Notes: generated from the letters alone by a model not told the origin. A stretch of DNA of 63,496 nucleotides, filler included, from Aduncisulcus paluster (GCA_024181965.1; 39 parts of 39 records of this genome joined end to end with filler, not necessarily neighbours in it), one strand, 5' to 3'. Shown: positions 33,836-46,315, numbered from the whole stretch's first letter. Translations and numbers: made by a program.

Positions 33836-34528
33836 ATGATTATACAAAACAATGCAATATTTATTGCCGATGCTCATTACAATGTTGAAAGAGGAGATCT
33901 ATTTACTCTTTTATCGCATATAAATAATGACCATATACAATGTTCACAACTATTTCTCATGGGAGATATTTTTGATTTTTTAGCTGATGAAATAGAATAT
34001 TTTAAACTTATAAACCAAAAAATAATATCTCTTATAAACGACCTTTCTATAAGCCATGAAGTGATATATTTAGAAGGAAATCATGATTTTAATCTTGCAA
34101 ATATTTTTCCAAAAACAAAAATAATCACTAGAGAGTCACAGCCATTTTATATTGAACAAAATGGGATCAATATTGCTTTAGCTCATGGAGATATTTTCAT
34201 GACAAAGTCTTATGAATTTTTCACATCAATCTTCAGAAATCATAAATTTTTACAATTTATCAACTTTATAGACTTTAGTAACATTTTTACACAGTTTGCT
34301 GAAAAAAAGCTTCTTCAAAAAACAATTTGTCATGAGATGAGTGAGTTTTCCGAATTTATAGATACAAGAATTCAAAATTATAACGACTTGAAAAAAACTG
34401 ACCTTATTATAGAGGGACATTATCATCAAGGATATATAGGAAATAATTATATAAATATTCCATCTTTAGCGTGTAGTAATAAATATTTGATATACCAAAA
34501 CAAGCAATTTAGCTTTAATACACTATAA
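33836..34528 (+). CDS. lpxH: UDP-2,3-diacylglucosamine diphosphatase (metallophosphoesterase)
   Basis: DAH, GDIFD, EGNHD, AHGD, GHYH motifs. Confidence 0.8.
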   Translation: MIIQNNAIFIADAHYNVERGDLFTLLSHINNDHIQCSQLFLMGDIFDFLADEIEYFKLINQKIISLINDLSISHEVIYLEGNHDFNLANIFPKTKIITRESQPFYIEQNGINIALAHGDIFMTKSYEFFTSIFRNHKFLQFINFIDFSNIFTQFAEKKLLQKTICHEMSEFSEFIDTRIQNYNDLKKTDLIIEGHYHQGYIGNNYINIPSLACSNKYLIYQNKQFSFNTL

Positions 34529-34536
34529 TTATATTT

Positions 34537-34624
34537 ATGGATAATTACGAATATACTCAACTATTAAAAAACTTAAATCAAAAACTTCAAAACATAGAAT
34601 TGATACTTAAACCAGATGAGATTA
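34537..34624 (+). CDS. prfB: Peptide chain release factor 2 N-terminus
   Basis: MDNYEYTQLLKNL..KLQNI..ILKP resembles the Campylobacterota RF2 start. Confidence 0.75.
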
Positions 34625-34724
34625 NNNNNNNNNNNNNNNNNNNNNNNNNNNNNNNNNNNNNNNNNNNNTTAATTAATTAANNNNNNNNNNNNNNNNNNNN
34701 NNNNNNNNNNNNNNNNNNNNNNNN

Positions 34725-36171
34725 TCGATGTTCTGGGCCGCTTGCAGGAAGGCTTCGACGGCCGCGAGAAGGAGATCGGCGCGGCATTCCGCTCGCTCAC
34801 CAAGAAGCTTGTGCGCCAGCGCATCCTGAAGGACCAGTTCCGCATTGACGGCCGCGGTGTCACCGACATTCGCGCCCTGTCGGCCGAGGTCGCCGTGATC
34901 CCGCGGGCGCACGGTAGCGCACTGTTCGAGCGTGGCGAGACCCAGATCATGGGCGTCACCACCCTCGACATGATCAAGATGGCCCAGCAGATCGACTCGC
35001 TGGGACCCGAGACCACCAAGCGCTACATGCACCACTACAACTTCCCGCCGTTCTCCACCGGTGAGACCGGTCGCGTCGGTTCGCCGAAGCGTCGCGAGAT
35101 CGGCCACGGCGCTCTCGCCGAGCGCGCGCTCATCCCGGTGCTGCCGAGCATCGAGGAGTTCCCGTACGCCATCCGTCAGGTCTCGGAGGCCTTGGGCTCC
35201 AACGGTTCCACCTCGATGGGCTCGGTCTGTGCATCCACCCTGGCCCTGCTGAACGCCGGTGTGCCGCTGAAGGCCCCCGTCGCCGGTATTGCCATGGGGC
35301 TGGTGTCCGATGACATCGAGCTCGCCGACGGCACCACCGAGCGTCGCTTCGTCGCGCTCACCGACATCCTGGNNNNNNNNNNNNNNNNNNNNNNNNNNNN
35401 NNNNNNNNNNNNNNNNNNNNNNNNNNNNNNNNNNNNNNNNNNNNNNNNNNNNNNNNNNNNNNNNNNNNNNNNNNNNNNNNNNNNNNNNNNNNNNNNNNNN
35501 NNNNNNNNNNNNNNNNNNTCACCGCACTGCAGCTGGACACCAAGCTCGACGGCATCCCGTCGCAGGTGCTGGCCGCCGCGCTGTCGCAGGCCAAGGACGC
35601 CCGCAGCACCATCCTTGAGGTGATGGCCGAGGCGATCGACGCGCCCGACGAGATGAGCCCGTACGCACCGCGTATCACCACCATCAAGGTGCCTGTCGAC
35701 AAGATCGGCGAGGTGATCGGGCCCAAGGGCAAGATGATCAACTCGATCACCGAGGAGACCGGCGCCAACATCTCCATCGAGGATGACGGCACCGTGTTCG
35801 TCGGAGCCGCCGACGGCGCCTCGGCGCAGGCCGCGATCGACAAGATCAATGCGATTGCCAACCCGCAGCTGCCGAAGATCGGTGAGCGCTTCCTCGGAAC
35901 CGTCGTCAAGACAACCGATTTCGGCGCGTTCGTCTCGCTGCTTCCAGGTCGTGACGGTTTGGTGCACATCAGCAAGCTCGGCAAGGGCAAGCGGATCGCC
36001 AAGGTCGAGGACGTGGTCAAGGTCGGCGACAAGATCCAGGTCGAGATTGCCGATATCGACAACCGCGGCAAGATCTCGCTGGTGCCGGTCGCTGACGATG
36101 AGTCCGCGGAGGCGTCCGACAACGCTGACGGCGCGGCGGAGGCCAAGCCGGTAGATGCCGTCGCCGAGTAG
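34725..36171 (+). CDS. pnp: Polyribonucleotide nucleotidyltransferase, 3' part
   Basis: [38 protein letters not shown] and S1 domains. Confidence 0.98.
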
Positions 36172-37038
36172 CGTCCCGAGCGCGGTACGCCGCACGGTTC
36201 TTCCAGGTGGGCTCCGAGTAGTCACCGAGGCAATGCCCTCGGTGCGCTCGGCGTCTGTCGGGGTATGGGTGGACGTGGGGTCCCGCGACGAGGGGCGCAG
36301 CGTCGCCGGTGCGGCGCACTTCCTCGAGCATCTGCTGTTCAAATCCACGCCCACGCGGTCGGCGGCCGATANNNNNNNNNNNNNNNNNNNNNNNNNNNNN
36401 NNNNNNNNNNNNNNNNNNNNNNNNNNNNNNNNNNNNNNNNNNNNNNNNNNNNNNNNNNNNNNNNNNNNNNNNNNNNNNNNNNNNNNNNNNNNNNNNNNNN
36501 NNNTGCTATTACGCACATGTGCTGGACTCCGATCTGGAGCTGGCCATCGACCTGGTGGCCGATGTGGTGCTGCGTGGGCGATGCGCGAGTGACGATGTCG
36601 AGATCGAACGCGATGTCGTGCTCGAAGAAATCGCGATGCGCGACGACGATCCCGAGGACCTGTTGGGGGAGGCCTTTCTCGGCGCCCTGTACGGCGATCA
36701 TCCGATTGGCCGCAGTGTGCTGGGCAGCTCGGAGTCGATATCGGCGATGACGCGCGCACAGCTGCATTCGTTCCATGTGCGCCGGTACCGGCCCGAACGC
36801 ATGGTGTTGGCCGTTGCCGGCAACATCGAGCACGATCGCGTAGTTCGGTTGGCGCGCAAGTACTTCAAGTCGCATCTGGACCCGTCGGCGCTGACCGTCG
36901 CGCCGCGCAAGGGCAACGGCCGGGTCGCGGCAAAGCCCGGGCTGGAATTGGTGTCGCGCGACGGTGAACAGGTACACCTGTCGCTTGGTGTGCGTACCCC
37001 CGGGCGAGGCTGGAAGTACCGCTGGGCGCTGTCGGTGC
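36155..37038 (+). CDS. pepR: M16 zinc peptidase (PepR)
   Basis: HFLEH inverzincin motif; downstream of pnp as in mycobacteria. Confidence 0.88.
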
Positions 37039-37138
37039 NNNNNNNNNNNNNNNNNNNNNNNNNNNNNNNNNNNNNNNNNNNNTTAATTAATTAANNNNNN
37101 NNNNNNNNNNNNNNNNNNNNNNNNNNNNNNNNNNNNNN

Positions 37139-37977
37139 TTGATATGGGATTTGTTGCAGATATTCAAGATATTTTATCTTCTCTAACACTTGTTGAACAG
37201 ATTATTTTATGTTCAGCAACCTTAGGTCCAAATATTAAAAAACTGTCATCACAAATTATGCAAAATCCAAAAGTGATTGAGATAAAAGCAAATGATAGAG
37301 TAAATGAGAGAATTGAACAGATTGCATATCCTGTTACTTTAGAAAAAAAGCTTGAGATGCTTTCATTTTTAATTGGTTCAAAAAATATGAAACAAGTATT
37401 GGTATTTTGTAAAACAAAAGCGAGTGCTGAAGAGATTGTTTCAAACTTAAAACTTGATGGTTTAAAAGCTGCTTCTATTCACGGAGATAAAACTCATGGT
37501 GCTAGAACAAAAGCAATCACTCAATTTAAAGAGGGGCAAATTAGAGTACTCGTTGCAACAGATGTTGCTGCTCGTGGTCTTGACATAGTTGATTTGTATT
37601 ATGTGATAAACTTTGATTTACCTTTTATGCCTATTGATTATGTTCATAGGATTGGACGAACTGCAAGAGCAGGGAAAAACGGTATTGCAATCTCTTTATT
37701 AGATGAGTATGATGTTGCAACTATTCGTGATGTGGAAAAGTATGTAGGACAAAAAATTCCTAAACTTGATTTAGAAGGTTTTGAAGTTGGTACAAGANNN
37801 NNNNNNNNNNNNNNNNNNNNNNNNNNNNNNNNNNNTACTAAAAAAATTGTTGAAACAAAAGATGATATTAAAAGAAAAAAAGTTGGTGGAGCTTTTGGAA
37901 ATAAGAAAAAGAAAAAAGAGCAAAAGAGTACCGCAAAACAAAGAGGAAAAAGAATTATAGGACAAAAAAGTAAGTAA
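37139..37977 (+). CDS. DEAD-box RNA helicase, C-terminal part
   Basis: SAT, LVATDVAARGLD, YVHRIGRTARAG, basic tail. Confidence 0.95.
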
Positions 37978-37979
37978 AG

Positions 37980-38192
37980 ATGTTCGGGAAAAGAATAAAA
38001 CTATTTAAAGTGCAAAAAATATCTTATTTGCTGTTATGTTTTGTTGTTTTTTCAGGATGTGTTCATTCACCAAGTAAAAACATTGTACAAAATAAAATCG
38101 AGATAAAAAAACAAAAAATTATAAAAAATGNNNNNNNNNNNNNNNNNNNNNNNNNTTTTACAGTATCAAATGGCAAAAGAAATGAATTGTAA
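37980..38192 (+). CDS. Small lipoprotein
   Basis: Lipobox FSGC. Confidence 0.55.
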   Translation: MFGKRIKLFKVQKISYLLLCFVVFSGCVHSPSKNIVQNKIEIKKQKIIKNXXXXXXXXXFTVSNGKRNEL

Positions 38193-38273
38193 TCTTCAAA
38201 GTTTTCTGCTTACCCCTTTGTCAAAAATAAAAAGTAGAGTAGCAAAATTTGATAATAGTACTCAAAAGAAAAA

Positions 38274-38497
38274 ATGATGAGAACCTTTATTTTTAAATTT
38301 TTATTCCTGATGACTTTTTTTCTAATCATATTAGATGCAGCAGAATTAAGAGTTGATACATTGTTAGAAAAAGTGCATCATGCTAAAACAAAAAAAGAAA
38401 AAAATTTTTATCTTGATCAATTAAAAAAAGAATTAGCCAATCTCAATAAAAAAGAAAGAGAAGAATCTGATGCCATAATTGAAGCAAAAAAAAAGGT
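38274..38497 (+). CDS. Secreted hypothetical protein N-terminus
   Basis: Signal peptide followed by a charged helix. Confidence 0.5.
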
Positions 38498-38597
38498 NNN
38501 NNNNNNNNNNNNNNNNNNNNNNNNNNNNNNNNNNNNNNNNNTTAATTAATTAANNNNNNNNNNNNNNNNNNNNNNNNNNNNNNNNNNNNNNNNNNNN

Positions 38598-39573
38598 CTT
38601 TTTCTACTTTAACACTTTTTACAATAGCAGGGCTTAAAGCTCGTGCAACAAACATCTCTAAAATAGGTGTGTATTCAATACAGTCAATATTTTCCCCATT
38701 TAGTTGTTCACTAACAGAGTTTATACGAACACCTTTTACTCCAACAATAGCACCAATTGGGTCTATATTTGCTTCAATAGTAGAAAGTGCAATTTTTGCA
38801 CGACTACCAGGTATTCTAGCACTTGCCTCAATTATTATTTTTTCATCTTTAAGTTCAGGTACTTCAAGTGCCAATAAACTTTCTAAATATTTAGGACTTG
38901 TTCTTGATACTTCAACAATTAAACCATGTTGTTTATCAATATTTACACCTTTTACAACAGCTCTTAGCGCATCACCAACTTTAAAAGTCTCACCTTTGAT
39001 TCTGTTTTTTCTTGGTAATATACCTTTTACTTCTCCAATTTCAATAAATGTATTATCATTACTATCTACTCTTGTTACAACACTTGAAATAGTATCTCCA
39101 ACTTGGTCGTTGTATTTGTTAAATAAGTTATCTTCAGTAAATCTTTGAAGTTTATACTCTAAGTTTGAAAATAAAATAGTTGCAGCATTTCGTCCCATAG
39201 ATTCAAACTCTAAATCATAGCTTAAGAAGTCACCAATATCAAGGTCGCTGTCTATCTCTTTTGCTTCTTCAACTGATAAAAAGTTTTCTGGATTGATAAG
39301 TTTACCTTCAACTCCATTTTCTTTTTCCCATTCATTTTGTTCAACTCTCGCTTCACCAGTAAGTTTAATGTCATCATTTGCCACAACTTCAATTTTTTGT
39401 GCAAGTTTTAACTCTTTGTTTTCTCTATCTATTTCTGCTTCATATATGAGTGAATCATCTTGCATTTTTTCAGCAGTTTTGATGAGTGATTCTTTAAGTG
39501 CATTTTCTACATCTGATATTTTTAAACCTTTTTCATAAGCAATTGAATCTATAATATCTATAATTTTTTCCAT
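38598..39573 (-). CDS. nusA: Transcription termination factor NusA, 3' truncated
   Basis: EVSRTSP, LEVPE, ARIPGSRAKIA, DPIGAIVGVKGVRI. Confidence 0.97.
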
Positions 39574-39788
39574 AATTTTATTCCTATAATTTTAGTATGT
39601 TAACAATGCAATGTTTTTTTGGTAATTTGCTTTGTAGGGGTGTATNNNNNNNNNNNNNNNNNNNNNNNNNNNNNNNNNNNNNNNNNNNNNNNNNNNNNNN
39701 NNNNNNNNNNNNNNNNNNNNNNNNNNNNNNNNNNNNNNNNNNNNNNNNNNNNNNNNNNNNNNNNNNNNNNNNNNNNNNNNNNNNNNNN

Positions 39789-40743
39789 TCCATAAGTTTT
39801 GATTGATGATCTGCGATAAGTGGATCAATAATTTCATTGAATAAACCATCATTCATAATTACATCTAATCGGTATAGTGTAAGGTTGATTCTATGATCTG
39901 AGATTCTTCCTTGAGGATAGTTGTACGTTCTAATTCTTGCACTTCTATCTCCAGAACCTACTTGTGCTTTTCTATCTGCACCCTCTTTGTCCATTCTTTC
40001 TTGCTCTTGCATATCAAAAAGTCTTGCTTTTAAAACTTTCATCGCTTTATCTTTATTTTTGTGTTGTGATTTTTGATCTTGATTTGTTACTACAAGTCCT
40101 GTAGGTAAGTGAGTGATTCTGATCGCACTATCTGTAGTATTTACAGATTGTCCACCATTTCCACTAGCTCTCATAGTATCGATTTTTAAATCTTCACTTC
40201 TGATATCAATCTCAACATCATCAACTTCTGGAATAATAGCAACAGTAATAGCAGAAGTATGAACTCTACCTTGTGTTTCTGTTGCTGGTACTCTTTGTAC
40301 TCTATGAACACCAGCTTCAAATTTCATTTTTGAATAAACAGATTCCCCTTTTACAAGAAATACCATCTCTTTGTATCCACCAGCTTCTGATTCACTTGAG
40401 TTCATAATTTCAGTTTTCCAACCTTCATTTTCCGCAAATTTTATATATGCTCTGAACATATCAGCAACAAATAATCCAGCTTCATCTCCACCAGCCCCAG
40501 CTCTAAGTTCAACATAAATATTTTTGTCATCGTTAGGATCTGTTGGTAAAAGAAGAATTTTGATTTNNNNNNNNNNNNNNNNNNNNTATATTCTTTAGCC
40601 GCATCAACGATTTTAGAAATATTTGATTGCTCTTTTGAAAGTTCTGTCATCTTTTTAATATCACTTAATATATCAGGTGACACTAATAGATCATTTATCT
40701 CATTGAATCTATCTATAAAAAGTTGTAGTTTGTCTTGTAACAT
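39789..40743 (-). CDS. prfA: Peptide chain release factor 1 (gapped)
   Basis: PAT anticodon-mimic tripeptide in [22 protein letters not shown]. Confidence 0.98.
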
Positions 40744-40783
40744 TAAAATACCTATTGGTGAATTTTTAGAAATTAAAGAAGAA

Positions 40784-40816
40784 TGAGTTTTCTAATATAG
40801 TAAATTAGAAAACTCA
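40784..40816 (-). terminator. Hairpin terminator after rpsT
   Basis: TGAGTTTTCTAAT / ATTAGAAAACTCA perfect 13-bp stem. Confidence 0.7.
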
Positions 40817-40834
40817 AAAGTTAGTAGAGTGTTT

Positions 40835-41095
40835 TTATAAAGCGTTAACTTTAACTTGTAATCTACTTACTTTTCTAGCAGCAGTTGCTTTTTTAAGAAT
40901 GTTTTTACTTACACAGTGGTGTAAATATTTGTTAGCTTCTTTCATTGCTGTTGTTGCTGTTTCTTTGTCATTTGCTTCGATAGCAACTAAAACTGCTTTA
41001 GTAACATTTTTGATTCTTGCTTTAAAGAATCTGTTTCTTTCAGTTTTTACGATAGTTTGTTTTGCTCTTTTTGCAGCTGATTTATGGTTTGCCAT
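40835..41095 (-). CDS. rpsT: 30S ribosomal protein S20
   Basis: MANHKSAAKRAKQ...AARKVSRL. Confidence 0.98.
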   Translation of the reverse strand: MANHKSAAKRAKQTIVKTERNRFFKARIKNVTKAVLVAIEANDKETATTAMKEANKYLHHCVSKNILKKATAARKVSRLQVKVNAL

Positions 41096-41173
41096 AGCTG
41101 TATCCCTTGTAATAAAAATTTAAGTTTGGAATGTTACTTAAGTTGTCCTTAAATATACCTTTAGTATCAGTTT

Positions 41174-42274
41174 CTAAAGAAGCACCTCTTTTACATCTTC
41201 ATAGATTTTAAAATCAGAAAACACCGATACTTTCGCATTAGGTATCTCTTTTAAGATGATGATTGTTGATAAATCAAAGTGATTATTTTGTGTGATTTTT
41301 GTTCGTAATTTTAGTTCATCATCAAATGAAAGAGGATTATAAACTAGCTCTAAAACAGTTGTATAGTTTGTATTTGCTAGTTGATTAAAAGTATCAAGAG
41401 ATATAATTTTGAGTTCATNNNNNNNNNNNNNNNNNNNNNNNNNNNNNNNNNNNNNNNNNNNNNNNNNNNNNNNNNNNNNNNNNNNNNNNNNNNNNNNNNN
41501 NNNNNNNNNNNNNNNNNNNNNNNNNNNNNNNNNNNNNNNNNNNNNNNNNNNNNNNNNNNNNNNNNNNNNNNNNNNNNNNNNNNNNNNNNNNNNNNNNNNN
41601 NNNNNNNNNNNNNNNNNNNNNNNNNNNNNNNNNNNNNNNNNNNNNNAATAAAATAAAAAATATGAAGGGACAACCTCTTTGTTTATAATGACTTTTGCAT
41701 TTAAAAGTCTATAGTTTAAAAATCGTTGTTTAATGATATCACACTCTTTAAGTTCATTTCTTTTTTGATAGAGTTCTAGTCTTTCTTCTATTGATTCTGG
41801 TTGGATTTGTTGACCTATTGGATATATGAGTTCATCTGTTAGTTTATCTTGTTGTTCTCTTTGGGCATTAAGTCCAAACATACATCCACAATAATTTTGT
41901 CTATAAAGATTATGCTCTTTTACTTGTTTCCCCTGCATCTCCACACCATTGCCACTTCTGTAGTCTTTAAATATAAATTCACAGTTATAAAGAGAGGAAA
42001 GATTTTTTCCTATGATTTCTAATTTATCTTGTGATTTTTTAGGACTGATTAAAAGTGTAGTTGTAAATTTATCGTGACCTAGTTCTATTGCTTTTTTTAC
42101 ACTTGTTTCTAAACGGTTATCAAAACATACAGTACATCTATCACCTTTTTCAGGCTCATTTTCTAAACCTTTTACAAGTTTTAGCCACTCTTCTAGAGCA
42201 TAAGGACCCTCAATAAGCTCGATGCCGAGTTGTTTACAAGAATATTCTACATCTAAAAGTCGCAGTTTGTATTC
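41174..42274 (-). CDS. queH: Epoxyqueuosine reductase QueH (Campylobacterota long form), 5' truncated
   Basis: EPEKGDRCTVCF, FTTTLLISPKK, LYRQNYCGCMF. Confidence 0.9.
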   Translation of the reverse strand, partial: EYKLRLLDVEYSCKQLGIELIEGPYALEEWLKLVKGLENEPEKGDRCTVCFDNRLETSVKKAIELGHDKFTTTLLISPKKSQDKLEIIGKNLSSLYNCEFIFKDYRSGNGVEMQGKQVKEHNLYRQNYCGCMFGLNAQREQQDKLTDELIYPIGQQIQPESIEERLELYQKRNELKECDIIKQRFLNYRLLNAKVIINKEVVPSYFLFYXXXXXXXXXXXXXXXXXXXXXXXXXXXXXXXXXXXXXXXXXXXXXXXXXXXXXXXXXXXXXXXXXXXXXXXXXXXXXELKIISLDTFNQLANTNYTTVLELVYNPLSFDDELKLRTKITQNNHFDLSTIIILKEIPNAKVSVFSDFKIYEDVKEVLL

Positions 42275-42374
42275 NNNNNNNNNNNNNNNNNNNNNNNNNN
42301 NNNNNNNNNNNNNNNNNNTTAATTAATTAANNNNNNNNNNNNNNNNNNNNNNNNNNNNNNNNNNNNNNNNNNNN

Positions 42375-43460
42375 GATTTTAACTATCCTGCTGACTTAAG
42401 TGGAGCTGCTGAACATAGAGTTTGGGTAGATTTAAGCAAAGCTGATAGTGATGGAGATGCTACAACTACTGGTGTTGTTATTGATGATGGATATGGTACT
42501 TTAGTTACAGATGGAACTACAGTAACAGAAGAGGGAATCAAGGGGATTGAAAACCTTGGTGGTACTGAAGCATTCGGAGATACACTTATTGGTAATAATA
42601 GTGAAAATAAAATTTATGGATATGGGGGAGATGATCTTCTTGATGGAAAAGGTGGAGTAGATACACTTTATGGTGGAACAGGTGCTGATATTTTAGTAGG
42701 TGGTTCAGGAGAGGATTCACTTGATGGTGGAGCTGGAAATGATACTTTCTATGGTGGAACAGGTGCTGATATTATAACAGGTGGAGCAAACACAAACACC
42801 GTAGCCTTTGACAAAGTGTGGGATGAAGCTGCTTTTGATGAAAATACAAATAAAATAGAAGTAAATCTTACTTCTCAAACAACTGTAAATGATGGATATG
42901 GTACAAGTGATACTTTATCAGGTATTCAAAGAGTTCTAGGGTCGGACCAAGGTGATATCTTAAGAGGTAGTGATACTGGATATGATGCATTATATGGAAA
43001 TNNNNNNNNNNNNNNNNNNNNGATACAATTTTCTTATCAGATTCTGGTAGTGATCATCTTGATGGTGGAGATCATACAGATGGTGACTGGTTAAGTTTAG
43101 AGTATGCTTATAGAGGAGAAATTGACTTAAACGGAAATAATGGTGGAGGTACTGTAACAGCTACAAATTTTGAAAATATCATTGGTAGTGAAACTACTTC
43201 ATATACACAAAATACAAGAGCTTGGGGAACTACAGCTAATAATACTTTTATTATGTTTGGTGGAGAAGATTATATACTAGGTCGAGCAGGTGATGACACT
43301 TATGATTTAGGTGAAGGAAATGATAGAGCAGCAGCAGGTGGTGGTAATGATATACTTATAGGTGGAGCAGATACCTATACAGCTTGGAATGTATCTGGTG
43401 GTAGTGGTACAGGAGATAGACTAGATTATAGATATGATTATTCAGGTTCTGGTATGAATA
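42375..43460 (+). CDS. RTX/hemolysin-type Ca-binding repeat protein, internal fragment
   Basis: Many GGxGxDxLx nonapeptides (GGTGADIL, GGAGNDTF, GGGNDIL) and IENxxG/DGYG..D motifs. Confidence 0.92.
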
Positions 43461-43560
43461 NNNNNNNNNNNNNNNNNNNNNNNNNNNNNNNNNNNNNNNN
43501 NNNNTTAATTAATTAANNNNNNNNNNNNNNNNNNNNNNNNNNNNNNNNNNNNNNNNNNNN

Positions 43561-44477
43561 CAGCCAAATGTCTAAATGAAGCTACCTGATTATACTCATA
43601 TTGGCTCTCAGCCAGCCATGCAGCAAACAAAGTCAGGACAAGTCCGGTGGCAACCGTCATCGCCACTTCAATATGCTTCATCCAACGGGAGACATAACCG
43701 ATAGGACTAATGCGACGGGCCAGCAATGCCGAACTGGCAGCCAGAATGGAGACCAACGCGAGCACGGTTAGCCCCACCGGCAGCATGGCGCGGACAGCCA
43801 CTTCCCGTTTCCAATCGCGAGCGTCAACATCCATTCCAAGAACTGCAATAAGTTTATTCGTATGCGGATCAACCAGAGGAATAAGGGCTGAAACCCACGC
43901 TCCCCAGCGGTCGTTTACAGGTCCTTCAACAACTGCCGTCTTTGTTTTGAAAACACGCAGGTATGCCTCAGGAACTTCCTCATAGACCTGACCGGCCGGA
44001 GACTCGTCCTCGGATCCTAATGGCTCACTATCTATAAAAAAAAAATATTTCGCTATCAGCCTTTACCGCTGCCGTGTATGCAGGCTCTGCCACCCTGTTT
44101 CCCATCAGGTAAATAAAACGACACTGCGGATTAGCGGTACGAACTGCGGAGAACTGCTCTTTCAGCCTGAGATACTCGGGGGTTCTAAGATCAGACTCCG
44201 ACCCACTCAGTCCTTCAATATTGTTAATATCAAGCGCTTCAGCCACCATACGAGCATGGTTGAGCAGGTTCGCACGCATTTCAATCTCAACCTGAACAGC
44301 CAGCCATCTGGAAAATAACACACCAGCGACAATGATTGCCCCCAATAGGACCAATCCACAACGAAACTTCTTGCAGAAATCTCCATGAGAAAATATTTTT
44401 GGTGCAAAGCTCAACAAATCAAATCCCAATTTGTACTGTTTGAACAAAAATGCGAATTCTAAAAAAGATACATTCAC
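43561..44477 (-). CDS. Membrane sensor protein N-terminus (Cache-like), frameshifted at a T10 tract
   Basis: TM, YLRLKEQ, FIYLMG, then in another frame DSEP...PAGQVYEE...VEGPVNDRWGAWVSAL...LGMDVDA. Confidence 0.8.
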
Positions 44478-44634
44478 CGAAAATCAACTAAAATATTTTT
44501 ATCTCTCCGTTATCCATACACTCTGATCATTGTATCTAATATGCATTATTTTAAACTCAAATACGACCAAAAATTAAGTTAAGAGCATAAGATCTTGTTT
44601 TCAACACCTTTTGTATCGTTTTACCTCTACCCTA

Positions 44635-44793
44635 CCCAACTCCGGCCAGGTGGATATGTATACCTTGCAAAAGCTGCTCACTCGCATAAGCCCCGCCATG
44701 GTCCAAAGATATGCCCACCTGCGGAATGACGCCATACAGCGGGCGAATGAGGTTGCCGGAGATATGTATAAGGCAATGAAGAAAAAAGAGCTC
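44635..44793 (+). pseudogene. Tyrosine recombinase C-terminal remnant
   Basis: SGQVDMYTLQKLLTRISPAMVQRYAHL retains the catalytic Tyr box; the expected His is replaced by Arg; no upstream domain. Confidence 0.7.
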
Positions 44794-45088
44794 CTAGCGA
44801 TATACAGCTATTCGCCCTTTCTCAGTCAACCGATACTTCTGATTTCGACTATTGGGCTTGTCGGGAATGGTCATTTCCACAAGCCCTTCTTCAAGTGCAG
44901 GTTTGAGGTAAAGTTCCCTGAATGACTTGCGATCTTTAAGGTCCAAAGCAGTTTGCAGCTCATCACGGCTCATTTCGCCAGAAATGACTTCAATCAAAGC
45001 TTTAACTTGGGGGGTGACTTGAGGGCTAACTTGGGGGGTGGCAGATGAAACGGCATTCAGAATCATTCTGAGCATGAACTCTATGAAT
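44794..45088 (-). CDS. Fic-family protein C-terminal HTH
   Basis: FIEFML, (TPQV)n, YLKPALEEGLVEMTIPDKPNSRNQKYRLT. Confidence 0.85.
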
Positions 45089-45188
45089 NNNNNNNNNNNN
45101 NNNNNNNNNNNNNNNNNNNNNNNNNNNNNNNNTTAATTAATTAANNNNNNNNNNNNNNNNNNNNNNNNNNNNNNNNNNNNNNNNNNNN

Positions 45189-45372
45189 CCTGGAAAACGG
45201 TGACGTGTTCACCCTGGGGCCGGGCAGCATGTATCTGCTGGACGGTAATGAGCGGCACCAGCTTTCCGCCGATACCGAGATGCGCATGATGTGCGTCTTC
45301 AATCCTCCCGTCACCGGACGGGAGGTCCACGACGAGTCCGGCGCATACCCAGCTGCGCCCGCGCTGTCGTGA
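45189..45372 (+). CDS. ectC: Ectoine synthase C-terminus
   Basis: Hand translation [13 protein letters not shown]...[19 protein letters not shown]. Confidence 0.93.
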
Positions 45373-46315
45373 GTGCCCCCGCGATCACCGATCGCTACCC
45401 GAGCCGCCTCGAGGCCGAGCAGCCTCCGATCCCGCGTAGCGAGCCGGTCGTCTGGAGCGCCACCGACGAGGGCCCGCTGGCCCCACCGGCACTCACGCAG
45501 ATGTCCGAACAGGGTTTCCTGATCCGGCCGAGCACGGTCTACGACGCCACCGTGTCCGCGTTGCGCAACGAGATCGACAGGGTGCCATCGCAGCTCGGTG
45601 ACGATCCGCGAATAATCCGCGAGGCCGGATCACACGAGGTGCGCTCCATCTTCGAGGCACACGTCCTGAGCTCGGTGGTCATGGATGTGGCGTGCTCGCC
45701 GGGTGTACTCGATGTCGCCGAGCAGCTACTGGGCGGACCGGTGTATCTGCATCAATCCCGTATCAACGCGATGCCCGCATTCCGGGGACGTGGGTTCTAC
45801 TGGCACTCGGACTTCGAGACCTGGCACACCGAAGACGGCCTACCCCAGATGCGCACGGTGTCCTGTTCGATCGCGTTGACCGTCAATGTCGCGTACAACG
45901 GGACGCTGCAGGTGATGCCGGGCACGCACCGCACCTTCTACCCATGCGTCGGGGCGACCCCGCGCGACAATCATCGGAAATCGTTGGTGGAGATCGGNNN
46001 NNNNNNNNNNNNNNNNNNNNNNNNNNNNNNNNNNNNNNNNNNNNNNNNNNNNNNNNNNNNNNNNNNGATGCCGCCCTGACGAGCGGTATTGAACTGTTCC
46101 TTGGTCAGCCCGGGGACGCGTTGTGGTTCGACTGCAACTTGATGCACGGGTCGGGGTCGAATATCAGCCCGTATCCGCGTTCGAACGTGTTCCTGGTGTT
46201 CAACTCGGTGGAGAACACGCCGCAAAGGCCCTTCGCCGGATACGAGCCGCGTCCCGAGTACATCGCCGCGCGAGACTTCACCCCGCTGACTCCCCGGTCA
46301 CCGAGTACTTCCTGA
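45369..46315 (+). CDS. ectD: Ectoine hydroxylase
   Basis: Signature [37 protein letters not shown]. Confidence 0.96.

Noticed and set aside
34537-34624. Programmed +1 frameshift in prfB
   Set aside because: The equivalent position reads CTT AAA, not CTT TGA; the frame is open, as is usual in Campylobacterota
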